From a virus (taxonomy: Duplodnaviria > Caudoviricetes): 64,000 bases of DNA. The notes under the pieces were generated by a model. That model did not search any database. It had not been told where the DNA came from and worked only from the letters and a program-made list of their open reading frames with translations. The stretch lies in the IMG/VR virus record IMGVR_UViG_2636415703_000001, positions 30,143 to 94,142 of that record; one strand, given 5' to 3'. Made by a program: the position numbers and the translations under genes. Every line of letters starts with the position of its first letter. Positions within the stretch are counted from its first letter, which is position 1. Positions 27,432 through 36,628 of this stretch are shown here, piece after piece.

Positions 27432-29009
27432 TTAACGGAACAGCGTTGGCTTACCGACAATGCGGCGGGATGATCCGGTAGGGCAGACAGACCAGGAGGC
27501 TTCCCACAGGTCGATATCTTTCTGCACGACGGAAACAACAAAAGGCTGGGTGCCTTGCGTGACGTCACGCGGTTTAACCAGTGCTTCAGCGGCAACGAAG
27601 CGCTCCAGCAGATCGGTTAAGCCATCAGTCAGGCCTTTGAAGGTGATACCGTCCGGCTCATGCTTCAGCGCTTCTGCCACGTCATAAAAACCGCGTGCGA
27701 TCGCATTCATCAGCGAACTGATGTGCTGCAGGCGCAGGTAGTTGTTTTTGGCGAACGTGGTCAGGGAGTCGTCGATATACATGTTCCCGGCTTTATCGAG
27801 GCTGACCGGGTTGATGCGCGCAGTGACAAAGGCTTCGCGGTCGATCTCGTCCAGGTTCGGGATAGGCTTGATGTTCTGACGGTTGATGATTGCGCGTGAC
27901 ACGCCAGCCGGTGAGTAGTGCCAGCCGCCGACGTCGGAAACCAGCGCCACACCCTTCGCCTTCGCCACAAACGCGTCACAGGAGATACCCCAGTTAACGT
28001 TGGTGCCGGTAAATGCGTCGCGTGCGGTGTACGGCCAGTAATAGCGCGCTGGCTGATGGGAACCGCCGAGGCCGTGGCCCTGTGCCTCTTCAATAGCTGC
28101 AGCAGACAGCTGCGCGCCGTGAACGTCATAAAACACGTCGGTACGGGTGTCTTCTCCCAGTTTGACCAGCGCCGCAATGACGGTCGGGTCATAGCAGCCC
28201 AGCGACAGTACAGCGGTCCAGGAGAACATGGATTTACGCAGAACTGTCAGGGCTTTGGTGTAGTCAGCAGTGGCAATAGCAGACAGATCGCCATCGGAAC
28301 CGCCGCTGAACTGCATATCGTCAAAGCCTTCGGTGATCGACTGCATCAGTGTTTCAACGTCATCAGACACGATAGCGCGCAGACGGGTTGAACCATTTTC
28401 CAGCGCGGTTGGCAGGAAGGCAGGCGATCCCATGTCGCTGGTGGCGTTGGCGTTGAAAGAAATCTGGTGAGATTCCAGCACTGACTCACCGCCAGCCGCG
28501 TCAACTTCCTTCAGCGTCAGGATGTAGAAGCCCGGTGCCGTTTTATCGGCTTCCATGCTCAGTGTGCGGTTAGCTGAAGCATCGCCATCCTCGATGTAAA
28601 TCATCGCTGCGGCGCCAGCCGCCAGAACCGGATCGGAAGAAGGCGCAAAGTTGCTGGCCTCCACGCTCAACTCCTTCATGGTGGTATCAGCCATCAGGGA
28701 CAGGGCAGGGATCTTCATACCCGGCGCCGCCACACGGACCACATAGCCATCACCGCCGTTAACGGCAGTCGCTACGTGGCGCAGCGGCTCAAATGCCGCA
28801 CCACTGCGCGGGTGAATGGCTTCACCCAGCACCGATTGATAGTTATCAGCCGTAACACGCAGAACAGCGCCGATTTTGCCGCGACGGGCAATGACCAGAC
28901 CGGCAAAGACGGACGCACCGCCAGAGGCAACGGAAGTCGTCGCGTCAGCGTTGACTTCCTGCACCGCGATGCCGGATGCCTGGCCCACAGAAAAACGAAT
29001 CTTATTCAT
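27432..29009 (-). CDS. Tail sheath protein (P1 gp22-like)
   Basis: 525 aa; WHYSPAG..RA and ARINPV sheath motifs. Confidence 0.85.
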   Translation of the reverse strand: MNKIRFSVGQASGIAVQEVNADATTSVASGGASVFAGLVIARRGKIGAVLRVTADNYQSVLGEAIHPRSGAAFEPLRHVATAVNGGDGYVVRVAAPGMKIPALSLMADTTMKELSVEASNFAPSSDPVLAAGAAAMIYIEDGDASANRTLSMEADKTAPGFYILTLKEVDAAGGESVLESHQISFNANATSDMGSPAFLPTALENGSTRLRAIVSDDVETLMQSITEGFDDMQFSGGSDGDLSAIATADYTKALTVLRKSMFSWTAVLSLGCYDPTVIAALVKLGEDTRTDVFYDVHGAQLSAAAIEEAQGHGLGGSHQPARYYWPYTARDAFTGTNVNWGISCDAFVAKAKGVALVSDVGGWHYSPAGVSRAIINRQNIKPIPNLDEIDREAFVTARINPVSLDKAGNMYIDDSLTTFAKNNYLRLQHISSLMNAIARGFYDVAEALKHEPDGITFKGLTDGLTDLLERFVAAEALVKPRDVTQGTQPFVVSVVQKDIDLWEASWSVCPTGSSRRIVGKPTLFR

Positions 29010-29027
29010 GTGAAATATCCATGAAAT

Positions 29028-29045
29028 GCCCCCTTAACGGGGGCG
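29028..29045 (-). terminator. Hairpin between capsid and sheath genes
   Basis: GCCCCC-loop-GGGGGC. Confidence 0.5.
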
Positions 29046-29055
29046 TTAAGGGGGA

Positions 29056-30795
29056 TTAGCTGCCAGTAGTGGTAGCTGCTGCTTCAGGTGCGGTTTCGCC
29101 TTCGATCTGCTTACCGGTCAGCATGTTGTATGCGCCGACTTTGGTATTGGTCAGGGTCAGCTTGGCGAAGTAGTTTTCACCATTGCGCGGGTGCAGCTCA
29201 TTCAGGGAAGAGCCCCAGAGCGTCGTGCGGTTAACCAGCGACGGGTTGGTTTCGTGGACGTACGGAATGGCCGGAACTGCGTCACCCGCGATCAGGCCTG
29301 CGTCACCGATGGAATCGCCGCGACCGTAGAAAAGAATGTCCTCTTTACCCAGCGCCACGCCGTTGGCCACGAACTGATCGCAGATTGCCGTAGGCACTTC
29401 GAAGATCTGATAGATGCCGAACAGGGTGCCGATACGCTGGATGTACGGAGACTGCACAAAGTTAGGATCCGCCTGGAAGACATTAGCAGGCAGGCTCTTC
29501 AGGAAGTTAGCCGCTTCACCACCAGCAAAGCCACCACGAATACCGGCCTTACGCGTACGGTTCACCATGTCAGTGCTCAGCTGAGTGATCGCGTGCTTCA
29601 TCAGGCCTACCCACGATTCGTAGGTCTGGCCTTCCGGCAGTGCTACGTCAAATTCACGGTCATAAACGTTGTGGAATGCCATCGTGCGCAGACGCATCAT
29701 GTCCTGCTCATGGCTCAGCCAGTTACGCATAGCAGTAAACTGCGTAGAGGACAGGTTGATGCCAAATTCGCGACTCAGATCAGATGCGGCCATTACGGTG
29801 TGCTCAGACGCGATCACGAACTGTGACGGCTTAACGGTGAACTCACGCATGGACTGGTTAATAACCGGGATCAGGCCTGGTGCTTTCTCAACGTTGATTT
29901 CAACTTGTGCCGCCAGCTCGGTACCTTTCGCCGGTGCATCGGTGAAGGTCACAGCGATGGTGCCTTTGTCGTAATCAACCTTACAGGTAGCCGCAAAGGC
30001 ATTGCCTTTGACGTCTTTATCGGAGAAATACAGGTTGCCGTCGCCGTCATCGACTTTGCCCGGACGACGGTTGATCAGCAGCTTGGCGCGGCCAGCACGA
30101 ATCGGCATATCAGCGCCTTCCACGGTCTTCATGGAGAAGGTGAAGGTTTTCTTGGTGCCGTCCGGCTGCATGGCGGCAGGGAACGGATACAGGCGCTTCA
30201 TCTGCGAGTACACAGCAGCAGACTGCATGTGCATTTCGTCGCCCTGGTCAAAGGTACCGAACTTCGTACCGGCAACGTTCAGGAGCTCGTAGATCTTCGC
30301 TTCATCGCGCTCACACGGGACAAAGGTACACGCGTCGCTGGTGGCCGCGCCCAGCACAGCTGGCAAAATCAGGGCGGCAAACTGCGCCTGACGCAGTACA
30401 CCATCAGAAGTGCGCATGTCAGCCGCGACAGATTCAAACATCGCCTTGCCGTTGCCTTCGTGCTTCTCAGCCGCTGATTCGATCATCAGGTTTTCCAGCG
30501 CACGGCTGGCGTTCGCCAGCTGGTCAGCTGGTGGATAATGACCGTGGCGCTCTTTGTACTCGATCATGCTCGACGCCCAGGCGGTGCCGACAATACGGCA
30601 AAACTCCGGATTAGCGCCTTCAAACATCGGATCCTGGCCTGCTGCAGCGCCAATGTTCTGAGACATTTCGACGCGATCAGAAATCATAGCGCCAGAGGCA
30701 TTGCGCTGCGCATCAACGGTAAAAGCCATAACACGCGAGGCGCGGGTCATGATGTCCTGCTCACGCATACGTGCAGGGGTAATATCTTTGCTCAC
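29056..30795 (-). CDS. Major capsid protein (P1 gp23-like)
   Basis: 579 aa; first gene after a late promoter; N-terminal propeptide with MFE/S site; synteny. Confidence 0.85.
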   Translation of the reverse strand: MSKDITPARMREQDIMTRASRVMAFTVDAQRNASGAMISDRVEMSQNIGAAAGQDPMFEGANPEFCRIVGTAWASSMIEYKERHGHYPPADQLANASRALENLMIESAAEKHEGNGKAMFESVAADMRTSDGVLRQAQFAALILPAVLGAATSDACTFVPCERDEAKIYELLNVAGTKFGTFDQGDEMHMQSAAVYSQMKRLYPFPAAMQPDGTKKTFTFSMKTVEGADMPIRAGRAKLLINRRPGKVDDGDGNLYFSDKDVKGNAFAATCKVDYDKGTIAVTFTDAPAKGTELAAQVEINVEKAPGLIPVINQSMREFTVKPSQFVIASEHTVMAASDLSREFGINLSSTQFTAMRNWLSHEQDMMRLRTMAFHNVYDREFDVALPEGQTYESWVGLMKHAITQLSTDMVNRTRKAGIRGGFAGGEAANFLKSLPANVFQADPNFVQSPYIQRIGTLFGIYQIFEVPTAICDQFVANGVALGKEDILFYGRGDSIGDAGLIAGDAVPAIPYVHETNPSLVNRTTLWGSSLNELHPRNGENYFAKLTLTNTKVGAYNMLTGKQIEGETAPEAAATTTGS

Positions 30796-30846
30796 AATTC
30801 AGCCCTTTTTTCAGGGCGCGGCTGCGAGGGAATTTTTGACGAGGCA

Positions 30847-30867
30847 AATTTATGCGGTTTGTACTTT
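30847..30867 (-). promoter_or_regulatory. Late promoter (gene 23 operon)
   Basis: AAAGTACA-N7-TAAATT. Confidence 0.7.
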
Positions 30868-30964
30868 GCGGTGTGATAGAGGCAAGAAAAGATTTTAAAA
30901 TCTAAGGAAAAAATTTATTTTTTGATGTACCTTTTCCGCATGTAATTGACCACTGGTAATCCTC

Positions 30965-31393
30965 ATGTCTTATAAGCTCTATTTTCAGTACATCAACGGT
31001 ACCAAATCGCACACCTTATCGACCGGAAGCCAGCGCGATGCCCGTCTCCATCTGGACTATTTGCTCAGCGAAAAAGAGCCACGCTCGCTGTCTAAACAAA
31101 TCGTCATCATGTACGGCGCTGAAATCATCATGGAGGCATGCCCGACGTTAGAGGACGACGCTATCCGTGGTATGGCGCGCTGGCGCAGGGCAGGAAATAC
31201 GCAGCAGATGCACAACCCGGTAACAGCTTCCATTTACATGCCACTTGCGGCGCGGGAATTTCTGGTTAATCAGGGTGACGGTTCCCTGGCAGCGGGCATG
31301 CGTAAAATTATGCTGGAGATTGGCGGGCCAGAAGTGGCGGCGGGCTACATGGTTGAAGCTATAAAGAATCAACCTGAGCCATTTATAAGATAA
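30965..31393 (+). CDS. Hypothetical protein, possible C-terminal ribbon-helix-helix
   Basis: 142 aa; SIYMP..AREFL..GDGSLAAGMR. Confidence 0.6.
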   Translation: MSYKLYFQYINGTKSHTLSTGSQRDARLHLDYLLSEKEPRSLSKQIVIMYGAEIIMEACPTLEDDAIRGMARWRRAGNTQQMHNPVTASIYMPLAAREFLVNQGDGSLAAGMRKIMLEIGGPEVAAGYMVEAIKNQPEPFIR

Positions 31394-31424
31394 TATTTTG
31401 AAAGTAAACTGATTCTTTTAAATT

Positions 31425-31456
31425 AAAAAACAGCCGCCTATTAGCGGCTGTTTTTA
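31425..31456. terminator. Bidirectional terminator
   Basis: AAAAAACAGCCGC-CTATTA-GCGGCTGTTTTT. Confidence 0.8.
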
Positions 31457-33121
31457 TTTTTTACTATTAGTAGTAAGAGGCACTATAGTGAAACTATCCA
31501 CGGAAAACCCAAACACTCTTTCAAAACTAGATTTAACCCACACCTCAACTTTTTTCTTGCCGCTATTATTAGAAAGCCACTTCGCATCGCATACAAAATC
31601 TCCCTTCCCAAAAGCCCATTGATTGCAAAGGTCATAAACAGTAACTGATTGATAAAACTTCGTAGCAGTATCCTCAAGTACTTGAACATCTATACCTGGC
31701 AAGGGTGCTGGCACTATTTCTTGATGTCTATTTTCTATGAAAACAGCTTGATGCTTGTAATAAAGATGTGTAGCTCGGAGATTGCCTTGCGCCGGATTAA
31801 CAAACATGCTCGGCCAGCAGAAAATCTCAGGACTTTTCAGTTTATCCATTTGAAAACTTAAAAACCTACCAAATATCAAGCGGACGGGTAAGTTTGCATC
31901 ACTATAACTAAAATCATCATTCTCTTTAATTAACCGCTGAAGGTTTTTGCTATTTTTACACCAGCCATTTATCTCCCCTAAGTATTTCCTAGGGCTAATA
32001 TAACCTAGTTCATCACAAAGTGCAGTGGAAATAGTCCAATACTCTTCAGAAGAATGTAACTTTATATAAGATTTAAACTGCTCATACTTAGTACTTACTG
32101 TAATACATAGCTTTTCAAATCTAATTGCAGGGTTAATATCGTGTGTAAATCTTTCAGGTTGGGAAAGATCAAAAATTAAACCCTCTGCAGGATTGATAGC
32201 AATATCGATCAGTAGTAAATAGAGCGCCACCAGTGGGCTTTCAATGCTGTCAGGCCTTTTCCCGTCATTTACAACATCAAGGAAAAACCTAAATGCATTA
32301 TAGTACTTTCCACTAAGCATATTTGCACTGTCAAAAAAAGCCCAATCACAAGCACTTCTTTTAAAAAAAGTCCTGATGTAAAGCATTTGATTAAATCTTG
32401 CCTGACCTTCATACAAATCAACAAGGTTTAAGGTAGGAAAATATTCATTGTTGCCTTCTGCATCTTTATGTCCCTCTCCATCAAAGTATTTATTTATATT
32501 TTCACAAAAAACCTTAGCGGTAGGTATAAGATAGTTTTCTTCACCAAATGTTGTCTCAAGCAATAATAAGTGATGAAAAAACACTTTCGACATAACATCT
32601 ATAGCTGATGTAAATCCTTCACTCTTTTTTAATTCGTCAATTCCACTCGATTCTTTTAATATCGCATGGTAATTATATATACTCACGTAAGAATCCAATA
32701 AAGAACATATTACTGGAACTTCTTGCTCGGTTATTGTGTAATCATGACTTTTGGCATAAGCAACAATTGGTTTGAATTTCCCACTTAACTTCGAAAATTC
32801 GTCAAAATCTTCTTTATTACAAATAGCCAGAGCTGGTAAGCTTAAACTAAAAATTATACCTGACAAAGATCCTATATACTGCCACCAATGCAGGTTTTCA
32901 TGTAGTGCAGTTGATCCTGCAAAAACAATCTCTCCTTTAGTTAAAAGGTGCAAGTCCTCTTCTGCATCATTTTTTCTCAGCACCTCCTGGACATCTGGAT
33001 TTACACGTAATGTATAATATGTAAAAGTATAAACCCCCCTTATATAACCGCCAGGCTCTAATGGACCAAATTTATCTTGAAGACTCATATCAACAATTAG
33101 TTTTTCTATTTTACCTTTCAT
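31454..33121 (-). CDS. AT-rich accessory protein, putative gluzincin metallopeptidase
   Basis: 555 aa; HENLH (HExxH) plus downstream YEGQA. Confidence 0.55.
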   Translation of the reverse strand: MKGKIEKLIVDMSLQDKFGPLEPGGYIRGVYTFTYYTLRVNPDVQEVLRKNDAEEDLHLLTKGEIVFAGSTALHENLHWWQYIGSLSGIIFSLSLPALAICNKEDFDEFSKLSGKFKPIVAYAKSHDYTITEQEVPVICSLLDSYVSIYNYHAILKESSGIDELKKSEGFTSAIDVMSKVFFHHLLLLETTFGEENYLIPTAKVFCENINKYFDGEGHKDAEGNNEYFPTLNLVDLYEGQARFNQMLYIRTFFKRSACDWAFFDSANMLSGKYYNAFRFFLDVVNDGKRPDSIESPLVALYLLLIDIAINPAEGLIFDLSQPERFTHDINPAIRFEKLCITVSTKYEQFKSYIKLHSSEEYWTISTALCDELGYISPRKYLGEINGWCKNSKNLQRLIKENDDFSYSDANLPVRLIFGRFLSFQMDKLKSPEIFCWPSMFVNPAQGNLRATHLYYKHQAVFIENRHQEIVPAPLPGIDVQVLEDTATKFYQSVTVYDLCNQWAFGKGDFVCDAKWLSNNSGKKKVEVWVKSSFERVFGFSVDSFTIVPLTTNSKK

Positions 33122-33268
33122 ATTAACAATTGATATTTGATGAATGGTTCAATCAGTTTACTAACAAAGTTAAGTAAAAAAAAGCATAGGAGTGATTTAT
33201 CATTGAATCCGCTCACAATCTCTAAAACCCCCTTAAGATTCATGAGCGACTTTAACATTCTAAATAAA

Positions 33269-33571
33269 TTACAGGCTAATGTTATGACTTGAGACTAAGC
33301 CATTTCGCCGGTTGCATTCATCGATTGCTGTCAGGATCCCCGCTACATAAGCGGGCAGCTGATCAGTGAATCCCGGTATGTTTTCATCCACCAAGCACGG
33401 CTGATAAGCCTGCGCTTTTTGAGGCGGCAGCTCCACCAGCTTTGTGACCGTCACGACTTCGGGCGTTAACGGCTCGGGCTTTGTCGCGGAGCATGCGAAT
33501 AACGCTGGCAGGCAAAGCAGTATGATTAACACCAGCAAGCAATATCGCACGGTTGATCTCATCGATTTCAT
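33269..33571 (-). CDS. o-spanin (Rz1-like lipoprotein)
   Basis: Signal peptide with lipobox LFAC, Pro-rich region, overlaps the i-spanin 3' end. Confidence 0.7.
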   Translation of the reverse strand: MKSMRSTVRYCLLVLIILLCLPALFACSATKPEPLTPEVVTVTKLVELPPQKAQAYQPCLVDENIPGFTDQLPAYVAGILTAIDECNRRNGLVSSHNISL

Positions 33572-33908
33572 TTTGACTATCCTCTTTAATTTTCTCTAAT
33601 TCCTGCTCCAGCTCAGCCTGCTTTTGGGCGTATTCCTGTCGGTCCTTTTCCCGCTTAGCAAGGGTCTGCTGCAGCGTGGCTGTCTGCGCTTGCTGATCGG
33701 AAAGCGCGGCTTTCAGCGTGCTGTTATTGCCTATGAGCGTTTTGTTGTTAGTGGTTAGCGCATTGTTGGCTGACTCCAGCGCCGCGACGTGCGCCAGGTG
33801 CTCTGTGACTGTGACGTAGCCCTTATGGACCAGCAGCAGCAGAGCCGCGCATAGCGCCACGGCTACAGTGCGTTTAAGCCAGCCGGTAAAGGTGATTTCA
33901 CTGAACAT
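33384..33908 (-). CDS. i-spanin (Rz-like)
   Basis: N-terminal TM helix, long coiled coil, ALPxSVIRML motif; AGGA SD before 33908. Confidence 0.75.
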   Translation of the reverse strand: MFSEITFTGWLKRTVAVALCAALLLLVHKGYVTVTEHLAHVAALESANNALTTNNKTLIGNNSTLKAALSDQQAQTATLQQTLAKREKDRQEYAQKQAELEQELEKIKEDSQNEIDEINRAILLAGVNHTALPASVIRMLRDKARAVNARSRDGHKAGGAAASKSAGLSAVLGG

Positions 33909-33959
33909 GGTTATTCCTGTGTAAGCGCAGCCATGACGGCTGCGTGAGAGTGAGAGCAA

Positions 33960-34244
33960 TCAGTTCACCTGGAATCCGGCATCGCCCGTTGCAACTGTCG
34001 ATCCGCATGAAACCTGATCGTCAACGCACACAATGCCTTTGCCATTGATGGTGAACCACGGGCGGGCAGAGACCGCCTTGCCGTTGTGGGTGCTTTTCCC
34101 GTCCGTGTGGTCCTTAAACAGTTTGCCGTCCACCAGCACGGCCTTGCCGTTAATGGTCAGCCCTGCATCAGCCTCTGCGGTCTGACGCGGGGGGAAGGCA
34201 CCGTGTCCGGAACAGACGGAATCCAGCGTACCGGCAGCAGCCAT
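33960..34244 (-). CDS. PAAR-domain spike tip protein
   Basis: CSGHGAFPPR, INGK, CGS..ATG motifs. Confidence 0.85.
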   Translation of the reverse strand: MAAAGTLDSVCSGHGAFPPRQTAEADAGLTINGKAVLVDGKLFKDHTDGKSTHNGKAVSARPWFTINGKGIVCVDDQVSCGSTVATGDAGFQVN

Positions 34245-34271
34245 CAGCGCCTCCCGGCGCCGGAGCGCGTT

Positions 34272-34469
34272 TTACTGGTCATCAGGTATCAGCTCCAGAG
34301 CCCAGCCGGGATAATTGAGCGGGCAAGAGTAGAAGGGATGTTTCAGCACATAGCACTGTCCATGCTCCAGCCAGTCCACCCGGTCAACTACACATACCGC
34401 CCCGTTAAACAGGTTCCCGCGCAGACGCACGCGGGAGCCTTTACGGATCGGCCTTTCGGCTTCGGTCAT
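34272..34469 (-). CDS. Small hypothetical protein (SH3/KOW-like)
   Basis: 65 aa, translationally coupled within the late operon. Confidence 0.6.
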   Translation of the reverse strand: MTEAERPIRKGSRVRLRGNLFNGAVCVVDRVDWLEHGQCYVLKHPFYSCPLNYPGWALELIPDDQ

Positions 34470-35047
34470 TGCGACTCCATCAAATCGTAAAAATCATCCG
34501 GAATGTCGCTGAAGGTTATGAATAGGCCCAGCCAGACAGCACGGCTGGCATCCGTGATGTAGCGCGACAGCTTGACGGTACTCAGTACCTTCTCAACCCA
34601 TTTGGTCTGCGTCAGTTGGTCAGCCGGTGACATTGTGCTCCAGACGTCGGTGGACATATCGCGCCCCAGGTTAAGCGCGTAGATCGCGGCCCACATGACC
34701 GGCATCAGATCGACGGTCGCAGGCTCGTCAGATAGGGAGTCCTTTACCTCCAGGTAGTACTCCGCTGTCGCAAGGCAGACATAGGTTGGGATCAGCAAAT
34801 AGCGGTGTTCCGGACGCATGGCCATCATGCGCACGCGAGTATTTTCCGCCGTGGCGTTTGCCATCGTCTGCTCAATCATGGCGTTGCGAGAGGTGCGCTG
34901 GGATGGGGTAAGACGCCAGTAAGGCGTTTCCATCAGGGTGCGCGTTTCACGCGAATAGTCATATTCATAGGAAAACTGCGTGTCTTCGCGCATTGCCATA
35001 TTCAGGTTATGGAATAGCTCAAAGTGCGTGGTCTTACGGTTGCTCAT
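34466..35047 (-). CDS. Hypothetical protein in late operon
   Basis: 193 aa, directly after a late promoter. Confidence 0.7.
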   Translation of the reverse strand: MSNRKTTHFELFHNLNMAMREDTQFSYEYDYSRETRTLMETPYWRLTPSQRTSRNAMIEQTMANATAENTRVRMMAMRPEHRYLLIPTYVCLATAEYYLEVKDSLSDEPATVDLMPVMWAAIYALNLGRDMSTDVWSTMSPADQLTQTKWVEKVLSTVKLSRYITDASRAVWLGLFITFSDIPDDFYDLMESQ

Positions 35048-35078
35048 AATTCATCCGTTCGTGCAAGTTGGAGCGGGG

Positions 35079-35099
35079 AGAATAGGGGGTTTGTAATTT
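35079..35099 (-). promoter_or_regulatory. Late promoter (PAAR-spanin operon)
   Basis: AAATTACA-N7-TATTCT. Confidence 0.7.
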
Positions 35100-35241
35100 A
35101 GGTAGGGTGAGTTACAGCAACACTAAAAGATTTTAAAGTATAAAGTTTATTTAAATATGACTTTATGTTTTTGACACTTTTCCCGTATAGTCTGGCTTCG
35201 CGGCAGGTTATGCCGCTGCTCACTGAGAAAAGGAATGCAAA

Positions 35242-35622
35242 ATGAACGATGTTTACGGACGAATGATCACCGATGCTAATTTGCCTGTTAAGAAAACCGT
35301 GCTGGTATCGTCTGAAAGAACTGGCGTGCAGCTGCTGGACTGCGGTGAGGACTGTCAGGGACGCTATGAAGTGATCACAGACAATATGCTGGTGGCCTGC
35401 ACCGACGATTACGCGAGAGCGCGGGACTACTATTTCAGGGAGACCAGCCGTATAAGTAATGAATGTCAGAGCGCTTACAACGTAAGGGCGAGGGAGGCAA
35501 AGGCAGCAGGCCTTATCGGCTATCTTTTCCGTGAATATGCCTGTGAGCGCATCACGATGGATCAGGCATTGCAGCTACTGAATACGCCGCGAGGTATACC
35601 GGCAGAATTTCTGCCCGGCTGA
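35242..35622 (+). CDS. Hypothetical protein
   Basis: 126 aa, AAGGA SD, TTGACA...TATAGT upstream, terminator downstream. Confidence 0.7.
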   Translation: MNDVYGRMITDANLPVKKTVLVSSERTGVQLLDCGEDCQGRYEVITDNMLVACTDDYARARDYYFRETSRISNECQSAYNVRAREAKAAGLIGYLFREYACERITMDQALQLLNTPRGIPAEFLPG

Positions 35623-35637
35623 TCGCTCGCGAAGATG

Positions 35638-35686
35638 AAGAACCCCGCATACAGCGGGGTTCTTCGTTTTAGAGAACAGCAATTAT
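35638..35686 (-). repeat. Relic copy of dmt 3' end (IIAVL*) plus terminator
   Basis: Imperfect direct repeat of 36581-36628. Confidence 0.75.
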
Positions 35687-36513
35687 TATGCCTCTGACTG
35701 TTGCAGGTCGGACGCTTGCTTGACCTTCTTTTTTCTCTTGAGATGAGGAATTAAAGGTGTTGCATCTACAATGATTGACTTTAAATTCTGCTCAACCAAG
35801 TCTTGGCCGTCATAGCATTCAAAGATGAAACGCACTTCTTTTTCATGGCTGTATCTTTCAGGCTTCAGGTAACGATAGTTTTGAACTATTTCCGTTAAGA
35901 ATTTCGAGCCTCTGGCATCATGACTATTATTTCTGATATTAATGTGGCGACTGCTGTATGTAACCTTCTGAACTTTCATCTTGCATGAAAATCTTTTTGC
36001 ACGCTTGACAGCAGCTTTGTTACCAGTATCGAGAATATTTTTCTTTAATTTTGACTCAACTTGCTGCCGAATGAGTTCTCCAACCATTTGTAACTTATTC
36101 TCTTCAAAGTACCAATAGTCATCATATGAGTCAAAAAGCTCACTGGCATCTTCAGGAGCATCAAGGCATGACATACAGAACACCAGGCAATTATTGCCGT
36201 TCCAAATGTGTCTACCTTTCATCCTTTGAAAATAGATATACCCTTCAACTGGGCTCCGCCTCATTCCACTCCATTCTTCTACCATTGAAGTAGATAGCAT
36301 TCCATTGCCGTACTGAAGCGCATTAAATAGTGCTATCGAAATATGCGCATTATTTAAGTCTATATTAAAACTAAAAGTAGCTTCTCCTTTATCTGCTATC
36401 TCTTCTATTTCAGTATGCCGATACTCATCAATACTGCCTATTCTGATCGTTTTGCCGACGAAAGGATTGTTTCTTGAATGACAACTCTTGACAATATACA
36501 TTTTATCTTCCAA
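35686..36513 (-). CDS. AT-rich accessory protein (DUF2971-like motifs)
   Basis: 275 aa; IRIGS..EYR, FCMS, VTY and KxxxYxxEKEVRF motifs. Confidence 0.6.
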   Translation of the reverse strand: MEDKMYIVKSCHSRNNPFVGKTIRIGSIDEYRHTEIEEIADKGEATFSFNIDLNNAHISIALFNALQYGNGMLSTSMVEEWSGMRRSPVEGYIYFQRMKGRHIWNGNNCLVFCMSCLDAPEDASELFDSYDDYWYFEENKLQMVGELIRQQVESKLKKNILDTGNKAAVKRAKRFSCKMKVQKVTYSSRHINIRNNSHDARGSKFLTEIVQNYRYLKPERYSHEKEVRFIFECYDGQDLVEQNLKSIIVDATPLIPHLKRKKKVKQASDLQQSEA

Positions 36514-36580
36514 TGATTTAATAAGAATGACTATTAACTTTGATAGGGTAAATATTTATCTCCGTCTTTGTAGCCATTAA

Positions 36581-36628
36581 AAGAACCCCGCGTAGAGCGG
36601 GGTTTTTGTTTCAGAGTGCGGCAATTAT
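36581..36628 (-). terminator. dmt 3' end and terminator (second repeat copy)
   Basis: AACCCCGC-loop-GCGGGGTTCTTTT on the minus strand. Confidence 0.75.
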
